Positions 13,801 to 30,857 are shown, counted from the stretch's first letter. The stretch is DNA of 64,000 bases from the human T2T-CHM13v2.0 reference genome, Homo sapiens (GCA_009914755.4 CP068257.2:38144001-38208000); one strand, 5' to 3'. Notes: a model not told the origin generated them from the letters alone. Numbers and translations: made by a program.

Positions 13801-15359
13801 ATTGATAAATCATTGCCTGAATCAATTACTTCTATGGTGATTGTAAAGAGTGATTTCCTGCTTCCATTATTCTTTCCATATCTCTTAATTGGCTTTCTTT
13901 TGTTAAACAAAAGACTTCCCTCCCCTTTCTTCCTTTTCTTTTTTTTTCCTTTTTTTTTTCCTCACAGTTTTAGTAGGGACTCAATTTTGTCCAATACATT
14001 CTAATCTATTCCTGTCATTTTTCGTTTTGACACCCAGATTGCTCCAGACTTGGTCAGTTGGTGTCCCTCCAAGCTGGTGCTGGTGTCCTTCCGACATCCC
14101 CCTATTAGTTTTTGAGCACCTGGACCAGTAAGGTGTTCCAGTCTCACTTTGCACTTCCCTGTCTCCACCTGGAATCAGTCATTTCTCCAGGGAACCAACC
14201 TTAAATATCATAAGTTAGTCTACTTAAATATGATAAAGTATGGTCCAAACTTTGAAAGAGAAGATTTTAAAAAAATCCATTAGCACCAAATGGAATAAAA
14301 TGGACTGGTTAAAGCATATATCTTAACGAGGTAACGATGCAGCAGGAGCTCTGGCCTGATTGATGGTACCTTAGAGAGATAGATTTTAGAGACTGGCTTG
14401 CTTGCAAATGTTTTCTTTTGTAGTGGAAGGGAAAGAGAGCACTTAATTTCCCTTGGTCAGGTTAAATTCACTGAATTCTTCTTAGTCCAGAACTAGTGCC
14501 TTAACGATGGTAGCTGGAGGCATGGCTGCTGGAGAGGGAGGCTCAGTGGGTGCTTGCAATGAGTCTAGCTTTATTGGATTCATTTGGAAAAGGGTAATTT
14601 GTTTCTAAATTATTCATCAAGATCCAGTGCAGCTGGTGGCTGGCTGCATGTTGTGTGTTTTAGGTAAGTTTTATTAGCTGAAGACCTCATTGCAGCCTTG
14701 GTTGGCGGAGCTGGTGACCAGACGAGGCTGTAAGGAGAACAGCCAGGTTTCCAGAGAGCCAAGTGTTAATGGGGCTGTGCCCATTCAGGCTTCTTCAGGA
14801 ATCATATAAACATCCATTTTTCCACCCATTTCCTAAAAGTGCAAAGCATTTGTTTTCATTTCTGAAATGATCCCTGCAAGTCGTTGAAACAGGAATGACG
14901 TCAGCTTTGGAAGCTTATCCAGTCAGGGCAAGTCACAGGGTTGTATGAAGTACTTCCTGGTTTATAGTTCAAAAGGTTTCTTTAGAGAAAAACATACTGG
15001 GAGGGCTGACATTCATTTCAGATCTGTTTTTTAGAAATTGATTTTCTTAACTACAGAAATGATACAAATCTCGAGCATTGCAGACGTATCCAAAACTGGA
15101 GAGTGAGGCCGTCTCACCCTGTCTTGGGAGAAGCACTGTCAGAGCCATCTGCCCCTCGGGGTGGTTTTCTTTGTGCACTTATTTGTGTGTAGGTTGTGAA
15201 ATGGTTAAAATGAAGTAATGTTTTTAGGACACATGAGCACCTTGTGGAATGTAGTGATTCCTGGTTATAACCTTACTGTTTTGAGAAATGGCAATTTTGG
15301 GTGCAGAGAAGAGTAGTAGAAGTGACAGTCCTAGGCCTTTGCCCTGGCACTGATGGTGC

Positions 15360-15785
15360 AACTTTGGGCAAGTCAGCAACCTTCAGGGCTCAGTTTTCTC
15401 ACCTGTAAAGTGGGTAGGAGAAGAATAGAGAAGTCCTCTCTCCCGGCTGTGGATCAGAGACAGCTGAGGAGCCTTCTTTATAAATATGCTGAGGCTCAGC
15501 CTCCTCCTGGGGGTTTTGTTTCATTGGTTTTTGTGGAGCCTGGGAATTGCAATTGTAAAAAAAGTTCCCAAGTTACTCTAATGGGCAGCCAGGATTGGGG
15601 GCTACTGAACTGAAAAAAAAAATCTCTAAGGCCTAGCCTTCCCCTCCAGCCCGATCAAGTGCTATGTCTACACAGACTTGGACATTAGACAGCCTGGGTT
15701 CCAATCCCAGCTCACACAATCACTAGCCGTGTGTCTTCTGGGCAAATTACTTACCCTCTCTGAGCCTCAGTTTTAGAATGGTCCT
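15360..15785 (+). mobile_element. Two short MIR fragments (about 15360-15415 and about 15690-15785)
   Basis: cttgggcaagtcagcaaccttcagggctcagttttctcacctgtaaagtggg and cagcctgggttccaatcccagctcacacaatcactagccgtgtgtcttctgggcaaattacttaccctctctgagcctcagtttt both resemble the MIR core. Confidence 0.5.
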
Positions 15786-17811
15786 TGCTCCAGAGCACAT
15801 AGGACTGGAAAGGGAGTGATTGTCATTCACACTATTGATTCGGAGATCTCTTGTGTCGCCTCTAGTGGGCACAGGGATATGCTTTGCACATGATAGTGGT
15901 GACATTTGGTATTAATATGTACTTGGCACGTGTTGGTGGTGACATTTTGTATTAATACATTTGGTTTCAAGAAATTCTATACCTTTTTAAAACTCTATGC
16001 ATTCCTTTGAGAGCATCTGGGAAATGCTATTTTCCTTTTCTTCACAGATGGGAAAAGGACAATCTCCAAGTGGAGGTTAAAGCACATGGTAAAGTCAGTA
16101 ATGAGGCCCTAACAAGCACACAGTGGTGTGAAGGAGTGCAGGGAGAAAGGCAAGCAGTGTTGACCTTGGAGCTAATCTTCCTTAGTCACTATGTGTGGGT
16201 TACTCAGGTATAGTATACTCATCCTCTCCAGCAAACCTGCCATTCACCTGAGCCAGACACACCCACACCCTCCATAGGGTACAAGGCACAGACCAGCACC
16301 CCACTGTAGACTTTATGCAAATACATTTATGTCATACCTGGGCCATATTTTCCTCAGAAGGATTATTCTACATTGGAGACAACACATGGCAGGATGGAAA
16401 GATATGAGCCAGTGGCCCTGTGGCTTCCTGTTCTGGGCTCCCTGTGCCATTTACTTAGTCACTCTGTCCTGAGCGTCTTGTCTGCATGATGAAAAGATTG
16501 GATTATGGATGACATCATTCCAAGAGTCTGTGTTTTCTGTCCACTGTCAGATTTTTGGTTTGTCAATAATATATGGCTATGATCTATTTTTCAGTATACA
16601 GTAAATGCACTCTTTTTAAAAAAATTAGCCCCATACTAAACAAAAATATACATGCATGTGTGTATACCTATGTGTATAGATATATATAAAATATATATTA
16701 TATATGATAAATTTTAAATGGTTATGAAAATAAGAAAGGTCTATCTTTGTAGCCCCAGCACTAAATCATGCCTCTTGCTGACTTGTACACTACACTTTGA
16801 GCTCCAGTGGATTAAAGGGAGACTTCAGCTTAAGTCTCACCCAGGCATAAAACTTGGAACATTTGCCTTCCAATGGAGCATGGTCACAACAAATAGGAAG
16901 TGAAAGAATAAGTGATGTGGTTCCTAATACCAGTTCCATTTTGGTCAGAGTTTGGGTCTTTTAACTGAATGCAGGCATCACTTTCTGAACTTTGTGGTTA
17001 AATTAAGGGACAAAAGAGTGTTTAAAGTCCCTCTGGCCCTCAGTCTCTCCCTTGACTCAGTCACCATTCCCAGCAAAGTGTCCCTTCCCTTCTGTTAAAC
17101 ATGCATTCCCTAAAAATAAGGCAGGCCCTCTCTGTCCTAGATTAAGGCAGGCTCTCTCTGGGCTAGATTAGAGGAAATGTTATGTCCAGATTCAGGAAGT
17201 TTGGCACACTCGTATTTCTGTCTAGTAGGGGAAGGAAAGTACTGATAGAGAGTGTGTGAGTAAGTTAACAAGCATCCTGTCTTATGCCAGTGAGAATTTC
17301 AAGCCTGTCTCTTAAATCTTGAGCCAGACCTCATTGGTTAACCCCAGCCAGCTCCCTTATTAAGAAAACTTGTTATATATGCAAACTTCAGTTAGTAAGA
17401 GTCCGTTAAACTGGAAATAGGATGACCACTGCCATCTTGAGCCTGTGCACTGTAGCTTACAGCATTCTCAGAACTTTCACACACACCCCTGAACAGCCTG
17501 GTGGGACAGGAGTTGTTATTGGTAAGTGAGCCAGAAGCCAAAGTTAATGCAGCAAGAAATGCTGGTCATGAGATTTCACTGGTTCCATCCACAGGAAACC
17601 TAAAGTTCTCGCTCAGTCACAAAGCTCCCACACAGTGGTCCAACCTTCAACTCAAGACTGTGAAGATCATGGATCCAACTCTGGACTTCACCATTTTATT
17701 ATCACATCTGTGGGAGGGGGAGTGTGAGAGCATCCTGTCATGTCGTGGGTAGCTTGGGCAGTGTTTACATTGTGGCTGCGTACAAGGGATTCCCAAAATG
17801 TGGGTCACCAA

Positions 17812-17930
17812 CTATCTGCATCAGAATCACTTGGGGTATCATTCGGGATATCCTGACTCTGTGATCCTGGAGGTGGGCTTTGAATCTGCATGTGCAATGA
17901 TATTCCAGGTGACGCTTGGGATTCTGCTGT
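17812..17930 (+). mobile_element. MER5-like (hAT) DNA-transposon fragment, family assignment tentative
   Basis: gcatcagaatcacttgggg...ctggaggtgggctttgaatctgcatgtgcaatgatattccaggtgacgc resembles the MER5 motifs (gcatcagaatcacctggg ... ctgggggtggggcc..aatctgcatttttaacaag...caggtgatgc). Confidence 0.35.
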
Positions 17931-19543
17931 CTGTGGAGCAAGGGGATAAATGTGCTCTCTGCATGTGAAGGGTCTGCCTTGTGTTAGTGCTTCAGCTCCG
18001 GGGCTGGGAAGGTGTGGAATGGGAAGGGTGTAATCTGTTCCTTCCATCTTCACCATTTTTGGGAGAGCCCTTTACAAGTCTCTATCTATTCCAGCTCATC
18101 TCGGATGGTGGGAGATGTGGAGATAGACAGCATTAGGAAAGTAGTTTGACTTCCTTATAATCCTACAGTTCTGCTCTGGGCATCTTACTATGGGGAGAAA
18201 GGTGATCCCTAGACCTGGTTCAGCTGCAGCTGACTGCCTGGTGCATAGACTTCTATTCTCCATGCAGAGTCATTTAACATTGACACAGGAATAGCAAACT
18301 ACTATTGCAAGGTCAATTTTCCAGGAAAATTCTAAGGAAGAACATCTAAGAGCTGTTTTTGAACTCCAGTCTGTGGTTCCAAAGTGGTGGATGCCCATTG
18401 ATTTCAAAGCAAACCCCATGTTCCTTCATAGGAAGTCTACTGTTTCAGTATTTTCTAAAGACTAGTATCTAACAAAATAGCATGCATTTACATTAAGATA
18501 CCACCCAAGCACGCAGGGTTGAGTGACAGCCTTTTGTTGAATAACAATTCACAATTAAACAGATCAACTTAAATGTGTGTGGTTTGACTTCAGCGTGGTG
18601 CGCTAGGGAGAAGTGAAGGGCTGGATGAAAACTCTCTTGGGAACATCAATGTAGTTCCCATACTGTCCCTTTCTGTGACGATAAAAACGTTCTACATCTG
18701 TGGTGACTGAGCACTTGAAATGTGGCTAGTGCAACTGAGGCACTGAATATTTAATGACTCATACTTTTAATTAACTTAAATTTGAATTTGGATGATCATG
18801 TGAAGCCACAACAGCTCTGCTTAAGACATGGTGGAAAAGAATCAAAATGGCTTTTTCCTCTCTCCTTCTCTCCCTACCTCCCTCTTGCTTCCTGATTGCT
18901 CTGCCTCACCTTACCCTTTTTTCCTCCCACCTCCATGACTACTAGGTAAAATAAGAGGGCAACATACACACTAAGGAAGGTGTCTCCTGAAAAGCTATGG
19001 AAAAAGCAATTGCTGTGTGAGGAATTAATTTGAGGATCGGGGAGCTGGATGCGGCTAGGGTGCAAGCCATGCACCTAAGTTCCTTTAGAAGTGACTGTCC
19101 CTCAGAATATTCTGGTTTCCTCTGGGCGCTGGACTCTCAATGAGTGGGGACATGGAAGGGAGAACAAAATGTCTTTATTCCAGTCTTGTCCAGCAGTAGT
19201 GCTCAAAAAGTATTTCTTGATTAAATAAAGGATGTCAAACGTGACCATCACTATGCCAACCTCAGGGGACTGTCAGCCCAGCCCTGCCTTATCTACTTCT
19301 CAGGGATATTAGAGACATTAAACAAGCAACACCTGAACTGGGTTACTAAGAAGTTGTTTACTGGCAGAAATAAGTATTGTGATGGAAGGTACTGTAGAGT
19401 ACTGAATAATTAAACACATTGAAAGAAACTTGGCCTATGACGCCTAGCCATAGCAGGCTGAATAGTTATAATATTACTAGAAAACATAATGCAACTTATA
19501 ATGGGGCAGAATCTGTGATTCTAGGCAGTGCAAGTATCACTAA

Positions 19544-20615
<1,072 letters not shown>

Positions 20616-21789
20616 AAATATCACAGCGTACACTGTAAATACACATAATTTTTATTTGTCTGTGTGTTTTACTAAAGCTCAGACAATAACAATAAAATAA
20701 AAACCACAATGAAAGACACATTGGCTTTAAGAGTCCTTGAAAGAAACGGTGGCAAATTCTTGGAGAAGAAAAGGACTTTCTTAAGGAAGGAAGCTGTTTC
20801 TTTGGGGCCTGATGCAACCCCTTAGGAAGACCAAGATCTTCATGCTCTTGAAAAGGTGATTGAAGCAGTGCCTTTCTCACCAAAGACACTGATTATTGGA
20901 TTTTTGTGCTTATTTGTAAGGATATATAGCTATTATAATGTCATTTAGATGCTATGGTTTTTTAGAATCATATCTACATATCTGAACATATTAAATGGTT
21001 GTTTCCTATTCTGAAGAATTTTAAATCTCCCTTTGTAGGTGAATGTTAATAGAGTGGTAGAAAGAAAAAATAAGATCTTCTGTTAATAAAAAATAGTATC
21101 AATACAATTAATAAAAATAATTACGTGTTTCTTTAGAATGAAATTCTCTGAGATACTCCCACATCGTATGAAAGCAGTAGCCTTGCTTGGGGTTGGGATC
21201 AATGGTGAGGTGGGCACATAAACACTAGGTGGGCTTGTCGTAGCATTAGGCAGTTTGTGGCTTCAGAAGCCTACGGATGCTTTATCATGAGAATGCTCCA
21301 GGACTTTCCATGTGCTGAATGTGTGTTTGTCCTTACCTTTCTTCCTTTTGTTAAAAACTTCATGTACTCCTGTTTGAACATTTTGTACAGTTAAATTATT
21401 TTTCTAAAGATCGGAGTTTTGATGTTAGCTTGCATGTCAGTTGAACTACATTTTAAGTTTTATTAACACTAACTGCCACTCAATGAACACTTAGTGTGTG
21501 TGTGCCAGGCACTGTGCTAACTCTTTTACATGGAGTATCTCACTAAAATGCATGGACTAGCCTTAACTAAACTAAAGGTCTAGTCTTAGTTCCTTGATGA
21601 ATTTGGTTTGTGATTGGGCAATTCACTCTGTAGTATAACTTAAAAAAATTTCAGACACGTGAATATTTTCTTATATTCTCTTCCTTCTTACATGAAGGGC
21701 AGTACACTATAGATATTCTTTTGCATTTTACTTTTTTTCCCTTACAATATATCCTGGAAATCAATCCATGTCAGTTCATTGAGATTTCC

Positions 21790-24640
21790 TTCCTTTCTTA
21801 TTACAGCTATATGGTTATCCATTGTGTAGATGTACCATGGTTTATTCAACCATTCTCCAATATATAAGCATTTAGGTCATTTCTGGTATTTTGCAATTAC
21901 AAGCAATGTTGCAATGAATAATGTTGTGTATGTTCATATTTATGGAGGTGTAGCTTTTGGGTAAATTCTCAGAAGTAGGATTGCTAGGTCAAAAGCTACG
22001 TGTGTATGTAGTTTTGTCACGGATTGCCAAATTTCCCTCCAGCAAGGTTGTACAATTTGCATGCTTACCAGCAACACATGAGAGTTCCCGTTTCCCCACA
22101 GCCTGGCCAACAGGGTGTCATCATACTGTTTAGTTTATGCCAACCTGGAAAGTAAGTAAATAAGAAATGGTATCTCAGCATAGTTTTGATTCTATCTTAT
22201 TATAAGTGAGGTTGAACTACTGTTCCATCTTTTTGTATGATTGAGAACAATTTTTATAAGTTTTTATAACTTGTCATTCTATATCTTTTGCTCATTATTT
22301 TCTCTCTCAGATTTTTGGGCTTTTTACTCCTTCTAATTTTAAGAATTCTTTTGATGTTAGGACTGATGGCCCCCTTTATCTGCGTTTTGAGTCATAGGAA
22401 GTATTTCCTTATATGGAAGTTTTTTTCTGGTGCTTATATCTTATATGGTTTCATTTATTTGTCTTTCTAGGTTTTATTCATTCTTCTGTGTGATATGTTG
22501 TATGCATCTAATTTTATCTTCTTCCAAATAACTAAGCAGTTGTCCCAGCAGCATTGACTGAAATCTCTGTCTTTGGCCTGGTGGTTTGAGATGCCACCTT
22601 TATCATACACTGATTTCCATATGCACTTAGGTCTCTTTCTGGGCTCTCTATTCTGTTCCATTGGTCCGTTTGCCTATTCATGCACTTACACTGTACTGTT
22701 TTAATTATAGAAGTTTTATAGTATGTTTTAATGTCTCCTTGGGTGAGTCTGCCTCGTAGCTTTCCGTTTTAGTGTTCTTCTGGCTAGTTTTGCATGTTTA
22801 TTGTTAAAACTTGTTTATTTTAAAAAATTGTGGCAAAATCTACATAAAATTTTCCATTTTAACCATTTTTGAGTGTACAGTTCAGTAGCATTAAATACAT
22901 TTACACTTTTATGCAACCATCACTACCATCCATCTACAGATCTAGGTTCATCTTGCAAAATAAACACTGTACCTATCAAACAATAACTCCCTATTCCCGC
23001 TTCCCCCCAGTCCCTGGCAACCACGATTCTACTTTCTATCAATTTGACTACTCTAAGTATCTTATATAAGTGGAATCATGCAGTATTTGTCTTTTTAAAA
23101 ATGGCATACAGAGTGATATTTTGATATGTGTGTACAATGTATAATGACCAAATCAGGGTAATTAGCATATCCATCATCTCAAACATTTATCATTTCTTTG
23201 TGTGGTGAACATTTAAAAATCTTCTCTTCCAGACTTTTGAAAACACAGCACCTTATAGTTAACCATATTCACTTTACAGTGCTGCAGAACACTGAAACTT
23301 TTCCTCTTATCTAGCCGTAACTTTGTGTTCATTAACCAAGCTGTCCCTAGCTTCCCCCGACTACCTCCCCTTCCCAGCCTCTGATCCCCACAATTATAAT
23401 CTCTGCTTCAATGTGCTCAATTTTTTTTTTAGCTCCTAGCATATGAGTGAGAACATGTGGTATTTATCTTTCTGTGCCTGACTTATTTCACTTAACACAA
23501 TGCCCTCCAGGCTCATCCATGTGCTGTGGATTTCATTCTGTTTTACGGTGGAATAGTATTCCATTGTGTACACGTGCCACATTTTCTTTATCCACTCATC
23601 TATTAATAGATATTTAGATTGATTTCATATCTTAGCTATTGTGAATAGTGCTGCAATAAATGTGGGGGTGCAGATATCTCTTTGACATACTGATTTCAAT
23701 TCTTTGAGATACCCAGATTGCCTGATTGTATGATAGCTCTATTTTTAGTTTTTTTGAAAAACCTTCATACTGTTTTCCATAATGACTGTACTAATTTACA
23801 TTCCCACCAATAGAGTATGAGAGTTTCCATTTCTGTTCATTCTCACCAGCATTTTTATTTTTTGTCTTTTTGATAATAGCCATTCTAACTAGGGTGAGAT
23901 GATATCTCGTTGTGGTTTTGATTTGCATTTCCCTGAGAATTAGTGATGTTGAATGTTTTTTCATACATTTGTTGACCATTTACATGTCTAAGAAGACATC
24001 TAAATTGAGAAATGTCTGTTCAGACCATTAACTCATTTTAACATTGGATTGTTTTTTTGCTGTCGAGATGTTTGAGTTCCTTATATAGTCTGGATATTAA
24101 TCCCCTGTTGGATGAATAGTTTGCAAATATTTCCTCCCATTCTGTAGGTTATAATTTTGCTGTTGATTGTTTCTTTTGCTGTGCAGAAGCTTTTCAGTTT
24201 AATATAGTCCCATTTGTCTATTTTTATTTTTGTTGCCTGTGATTTTGAAGACTTAGCCATAAAATCTTTGTCTAGGCCAATGTCCTGAAGGATTTATCCT
24301 ATGTTTTCTTCTAGTAGTTTTATGGTTTGGTGTCTTATATTTAATTCTTTAAGTTTGAGTTTATTTTGTGTCCACTTTGAGTTTATTTTGTATATGGTAA
24401 GAGATAGGGGCCTAATTTCATTCTTTTGTATATGGATATCCAGTTTTCTCAGCACTGTGTATTGAAGAGGCAGCCTTTCCCCAGTGTATGTTCTTGGCAC
24501 CTTTGCCAAAAATCAGTTAGCTGTAAATACGTGGATTTATTTCTGGGTTCTCAGTATTGTTCCATCTGTGATATACCTTTATTCTCTGGGAAGCAGAAAT
24601 TGAAAGGCAGTGAACTCCTGTTGGACCTAAATTAGAAGGG
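21790..24640 (-). mobile_element. Cluster of old L1 (L1M/L1P) fragments, antisense
   Basis: Reverse-complement L1 strings recur across the span: catggtacatctacacaatggaat..., gtgagaacatgtggtatttatctttctgtgcctgacttatttcacttaacacaatgccctccaggctcatccatgtgctgtg, ttcccaccaatagagtatgagagtttccatttctg, cagcactgtgtattgaagaggcagcctttccccagtgtatgttcttggcacctttgccaaaaatcag. Several pieces, possibly more than one element. Confidence 0.8.
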
Positions 24641-25520
24641 AAATTGTTTTTACCTGGGAATTATTCCATATGCCCCAGATGGGTTACTCAAATGGAAGAC
24701 ACTGGATTTTAAAGGAAAACCACTAAATGACTTAGATTTTAATAGAGATGTGACTACAGATTGTTCAGTACCTTCAGAACATTATTTCTAACATGAGCTA
24801 TGTGGAGTAGTTGGAGAAATTCTGGTTATTTGTACATCCTGGTTCCCTTCAGCTTTTGTCTGTTCTATACTCATCTCATAAGAAGATTAACCGATGGTTG
24901 TTGGCCCACACAGGATATGCAGAAGGTGATTTTTAGTTTCTTCATCTACAGAATGGGAATAAATACTATCCTATAGATTGGTAGTAATAATTAAATAAGT
25001 ATATTAAAAGTTTCTGTGATCCATCCTAGATTTAATCTTTTCTTTAACTTTGAGATGAAAAGCCTTTGTAAGAGTGAACTGTCACCCCACCCCTGCCCAC
25101 CCCATTCACAGTAAGTCCAGATAAGGCTACAAACAGGTCTGCCACAGCCTACTTACAATGCCCACCTTGCCCCACCAGGTGTGATTCATAGTGGAAATTA
25201 TGCTATACCTTTACATAAGTGTGAAAGATGAGTAAAGGTCTGGATTTCTCTATGATGATTATTTCAATGCTTAAAAAACATTAAACATCAAAAATTTTCA
25301 GAAAGTATTTTCTGGTTCTCTGCTGCTATCCAGAGATTTCTCAGTAAGCCGACGGATTAACTGACCACATAGGAATGGCTGAGCTTCTGCTCAGCCTGGC
25401 CTGGGGGCTTTGGGATGGCAGCATTCTAGAGGGTCCCCAGGCTCCTTTCTTTTTTTTTTTTTCCTTTAACTTATAAGATTATTTATTTAGCTATCAGAAA
25501 TACAAGATTGTTCCCTTTTC

Positions 25521-25684
25521 TTTTTTTTAAATTATACTTTAAGTTTTAGGGTACATGTGCACAATGTGCAGGTTTGTTACATATATATATACATGTGCCA
25601 TGTTGGTGTGCTGCACCCATTAACTCGTCATTTAATGTTAGGTATATCTCCTAATGCTATCTCTCCCCCCTCCCCCAACCCCAC
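25521..25684 (-). mobile_element. L1PA 3' UTR fragment (antisense), leftmost part of a nested L1 complex
   Basis: T-run then ttaaattatactttaagttttagggtacatgtgcacaatgtgcaggtttgttacatat...ggtatatctcctaatgctatc, the reverse complement of the L1 3' UTR end. Confidence 0.85.
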
Positions 25685-27595
<1,911 letters not shown>

Positions 27596-27596
27596 T

Positions 27597-27640
27597 GCAA
27601 TGGCAACAAAAGCCAAAATTGACAAATGGGATCTAATTAA
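27597..27640 (+). mobile_element. 44-bp L1 ORF2 segment immediately after the poly(A), a perfect copy of 26555-26598
   Basis: gcaatggcaacaaaagccaaaattgacaaatgggatctaattaa is identical to the internal L1 sequence at 26555-26598. In L1 coordinates it follows directly after the old piece at 25685-25769. Confidence 0.7.
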
Positions 27641-28646
27641 GATCCTTTCTTACAAACTGTGCTTACGCTGGTGGCGTTGGAGGCATTCCCCTGTTGCTGG
27701 AGGGCATTCATCTCTTACCTGATAGTCTCTTTTCTGCAATCCAGATAGAATTGTTTTAGTTTGGGATGTAAATTGGCAGGTGTTATTAGAATTGAAAATA
27801 CCTGAGAACGTTATCTAAAAACTAAGGAAAATGAGTATTTAAAAAATCTTAATCAAGCTTGATATATAGAAGGCCTGGACAGTAAAGCTCGGTTGTAAAG
27901 ATCACAGGCTTTTGGGACAAAAGGTTGGGGACTTGATCTGTGGCTTTTTACTCCCCACCTTCAAATCCTAGATTCCTTTTAATCAGTCTATGGATCCACT
28001 GACTAAAAACATTAGCAATTTAATGACAGTGTTTTTTTTTTTTTTTTTTTTGGTGGGGTGGGGGCACAACTGTATCAATTGATACCATTGGTACATATTG
28101 ATTGAAAATGTATCTTTGAATTAAAGAAATATGGTAATATTAATATAATAGTGTCTAGTCTGTTAAAAATATAATAACAGTAACACCTACTTTTGAGTTA
28201 TTATAACAGTTAAATGAGCTAGTACTTTGCACAGAGCCCGTTTGGTGCTGGCACATGGTAAAAATTGAATGAAAAGCAGCAGTGATTGATAACACAGAAC
28301 ATCTCTTCTTGGTATTATGGAGTCTGTATAGTCTCACTCATCAAATTCAATAGTCACAAAGTAATAAGTAAATACCCCTGGGTGACTGAAATATAGTAAG
28401 TACTATACAGTCTGTATTTCAGGTACCTAGGAGTTATTTATTTTTCTAATAGTTAACAGTGAATTCTACTTTCCTATGCTGGGAAGTCATTTGATAATTT
28501 GGTATGGGAAAACTTAATAATGCTCCTTGGGTCACAAATACTAATGTTGGGTCTGTTAAAATAAGGGAGTGTATAAAAATTAATGAGACTCGATTTTTAG
28601 AATAAGTATCCCGATTTTTCCAATGTAATTTTGTTCTTTTTTGCAG

Positions 28647-28668
28647 GATTTCGTATTCAATTTCAAAA
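28647..28668 (+). CDS. IGSF5: Coding exon 5: 22-nt microexon (..GFRIQFQK.), phase 1 in, phase 2 out
   Basis: Acceptor tgttcttttttgcag|GATTTCG and donor TTCAAAA|gtaagttt. This is the only exon size that keeps the frame between exons 4 and 6. Any other local choice gives an immediate stop (GAA ATC TGA) in exon 6. Confidence 0.85.
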
Positions 28669-30857
28669 GTAAGTTTGAAACCACATCTATTTTCTGAAAA
28701 CAAAACAAAAAAAATTGAACAACAACAATAATAACAACAATACGTACACACAACTGCGGGATTTTTGGATTTATGTTATCCAGAATTAAGTACCGGAGGT
28801 AGACAATGCTGAAAAACACGTATGCCGATCACAAACTCATAGGGCAACATGAACTGTGGGATGAAACAGATGGGTTGCCACTGCCTACCTTTGACTTGCT
28901 CTGGTTCCCTTAGGGAAATGGAGATTTTCTTAGTGTCTGGCATTTGCAGCTCTTTCCACAAGAGGACACTGTGCACCATGACTATCATCCCGCCTGCTGT
29001 GGGCGGAGGCCAGGGCCACCGGCAGAGGTCCTGCTGGAATTTCTGGGATAGTGGAGAGCAGTGAGCCAAGCCGGATGCCTGCAAGTCACGTGAAACTGTC
29101 CAGGCAGACAAATTAGGCAGTGTTCGGTGCTCATTCAGCCGTGGGGAGCGGACGGGACGGAAAAATTCCTTTCATTCCCAGGCTGCCCAGAAGTAGCTGC
29201 AAGCACTTTTAAGGTAACTGTGTCAAGGACTTACAATAAGTAGCCAGTAACCCTTTTAAATGTCTGCAATGTTAACATAGCCATATGTGCACCAAGGGGA
29301 GGGTTTTTTAGACAGACGTTGTTTGTTGTGGGTAATATAACAACACATGTAGTTATCAGTATTTTATTAGAATATTTACATTTTTAAGTGCTGAGATTCT
29401 AAAATACCTTTTGGCTACATTCTGTGAATGAATATGGACAATCACCATGTGGCAAAGGTTATCCCTTCTCCCTCTGACCCCTGGCAATTGTGAAGTTTGG
29501 AGAGAGGACACCACCAAGCAGCAGTCTGAAAATATTTCTCCTTTGAGGCCTGACTTAGGGCAAGGGAAGAGGAAGAAAAATAGACCCTGATAATTATTCT
29601 GGCATTTCTCTTGATTGCTACTACCAGCGGAATGGAAGCCTGGACTCTCGGTTCACCATTGTTGACTGTGCCAACATCTTCCATTTCTGTTCTCTGGGGT
29701 CTTAGGTGATTTGAAAGCACAGTAAAGTGATCAATAGCTACTCAGGATAATGGGTAGAGGATAACAACAACTATAGAATATGACACTGGGAGCATGAGAA
29801 AAGCTAGTATATCTTGAGTGCCTGATGTACATGCCAGGTACTCACTGTTGCATGCTTTGTAGAATTTTTTGTCTGAATGTGAACTGGACGGGCCCACCTC
29901 AGGGCTTGGGCACCTTTGTTTCCGTGCAGCCCTTGAACTTAGGTGAGACTGCATTAAGCTCCAGAGGGATAATGGGGGTTGCCCACTGAATAATCCAACC
30001 CCACTTGCTTTCCCCTTTCACGATGTCCATGGTGCTCACTCCAGCTGCTTGAGGACTTCTTTTGCATTAAAATAATTAAAATTATATGTATATAATTGTA
30101 TGTTTATTATGGAAAAAAATCAATGCATGTTTATTTTTAGAAAAAATAAATATAAAGATAGGCACAAGAAATAGTTTAAAAAAATCACCCACACTTCTAT
30201 AGTTCCAAAGTAATTATTGTTAACTAACTATGTATGTACCTATGTACTCAAATGTTCATGTATATACCCATAGATATGCACACAAAGCATTTTGTGAAAT
30301 TTGGATTATAGTAACCATTAATTCATAGCTTGCTCTTTTCACTTTGCACATTCTGAAGATTATTTCTGTTAACAAATACTTGCCCACAGCATTTTTGTAG
30401 TATTTGTTTGCTAGTTTTAGATAGATACTTTTAAGTACAGAAAAGTGCACACGTTACAGGTGTGTAGCTTGATCAGGTTTCACAAAAAGCACAAATGCCT
30501 GGGCTTGATGGCAGAAATTCACAGCTAGAACATCCTCAGCATCCCCAAAGCCCCCTAGACCCCGGTCAAATTGCTGCCTACCCCTCCTCCCCAAAGGTGA
30601 CATTCTTCTGACATCTTTCCCACATCCCCAGAGATTAGGTGCATGCATCAATGGCGTCATTTTGTGTATACTCATTTATGTCTGCCTTCTTGAGCCTCTC
30701 ACTGTGAGACTGATCCATACCGTGGCACGTGAGTGTCAGTGGCTCATTATTATGTAATATTACATTCTGGGCACATATGCAATTTATTTTTACCTTTTGC
30801 TTTAAATGGGTGTTTGAATAGTTTTCAGGTTGGGACCATTACAAACACTACTGCTCT

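Noticed and set aside
13477-14004. 175-aa + strand ORF
   Set aside because: It runs through an antisense L1 3' end and then a T/C-rich low-complexity stretch (FFLFFFFPFFFP). It is a repeat artefact.
28040-28075. Long T-run followed by G-rich ggtggggtgggggc, a possible G-quadruplex next to poly(T)
   Set aside because: It is short (three G-runs only) and most likely a degenerate SINE tail. Not enough to call a functional element.
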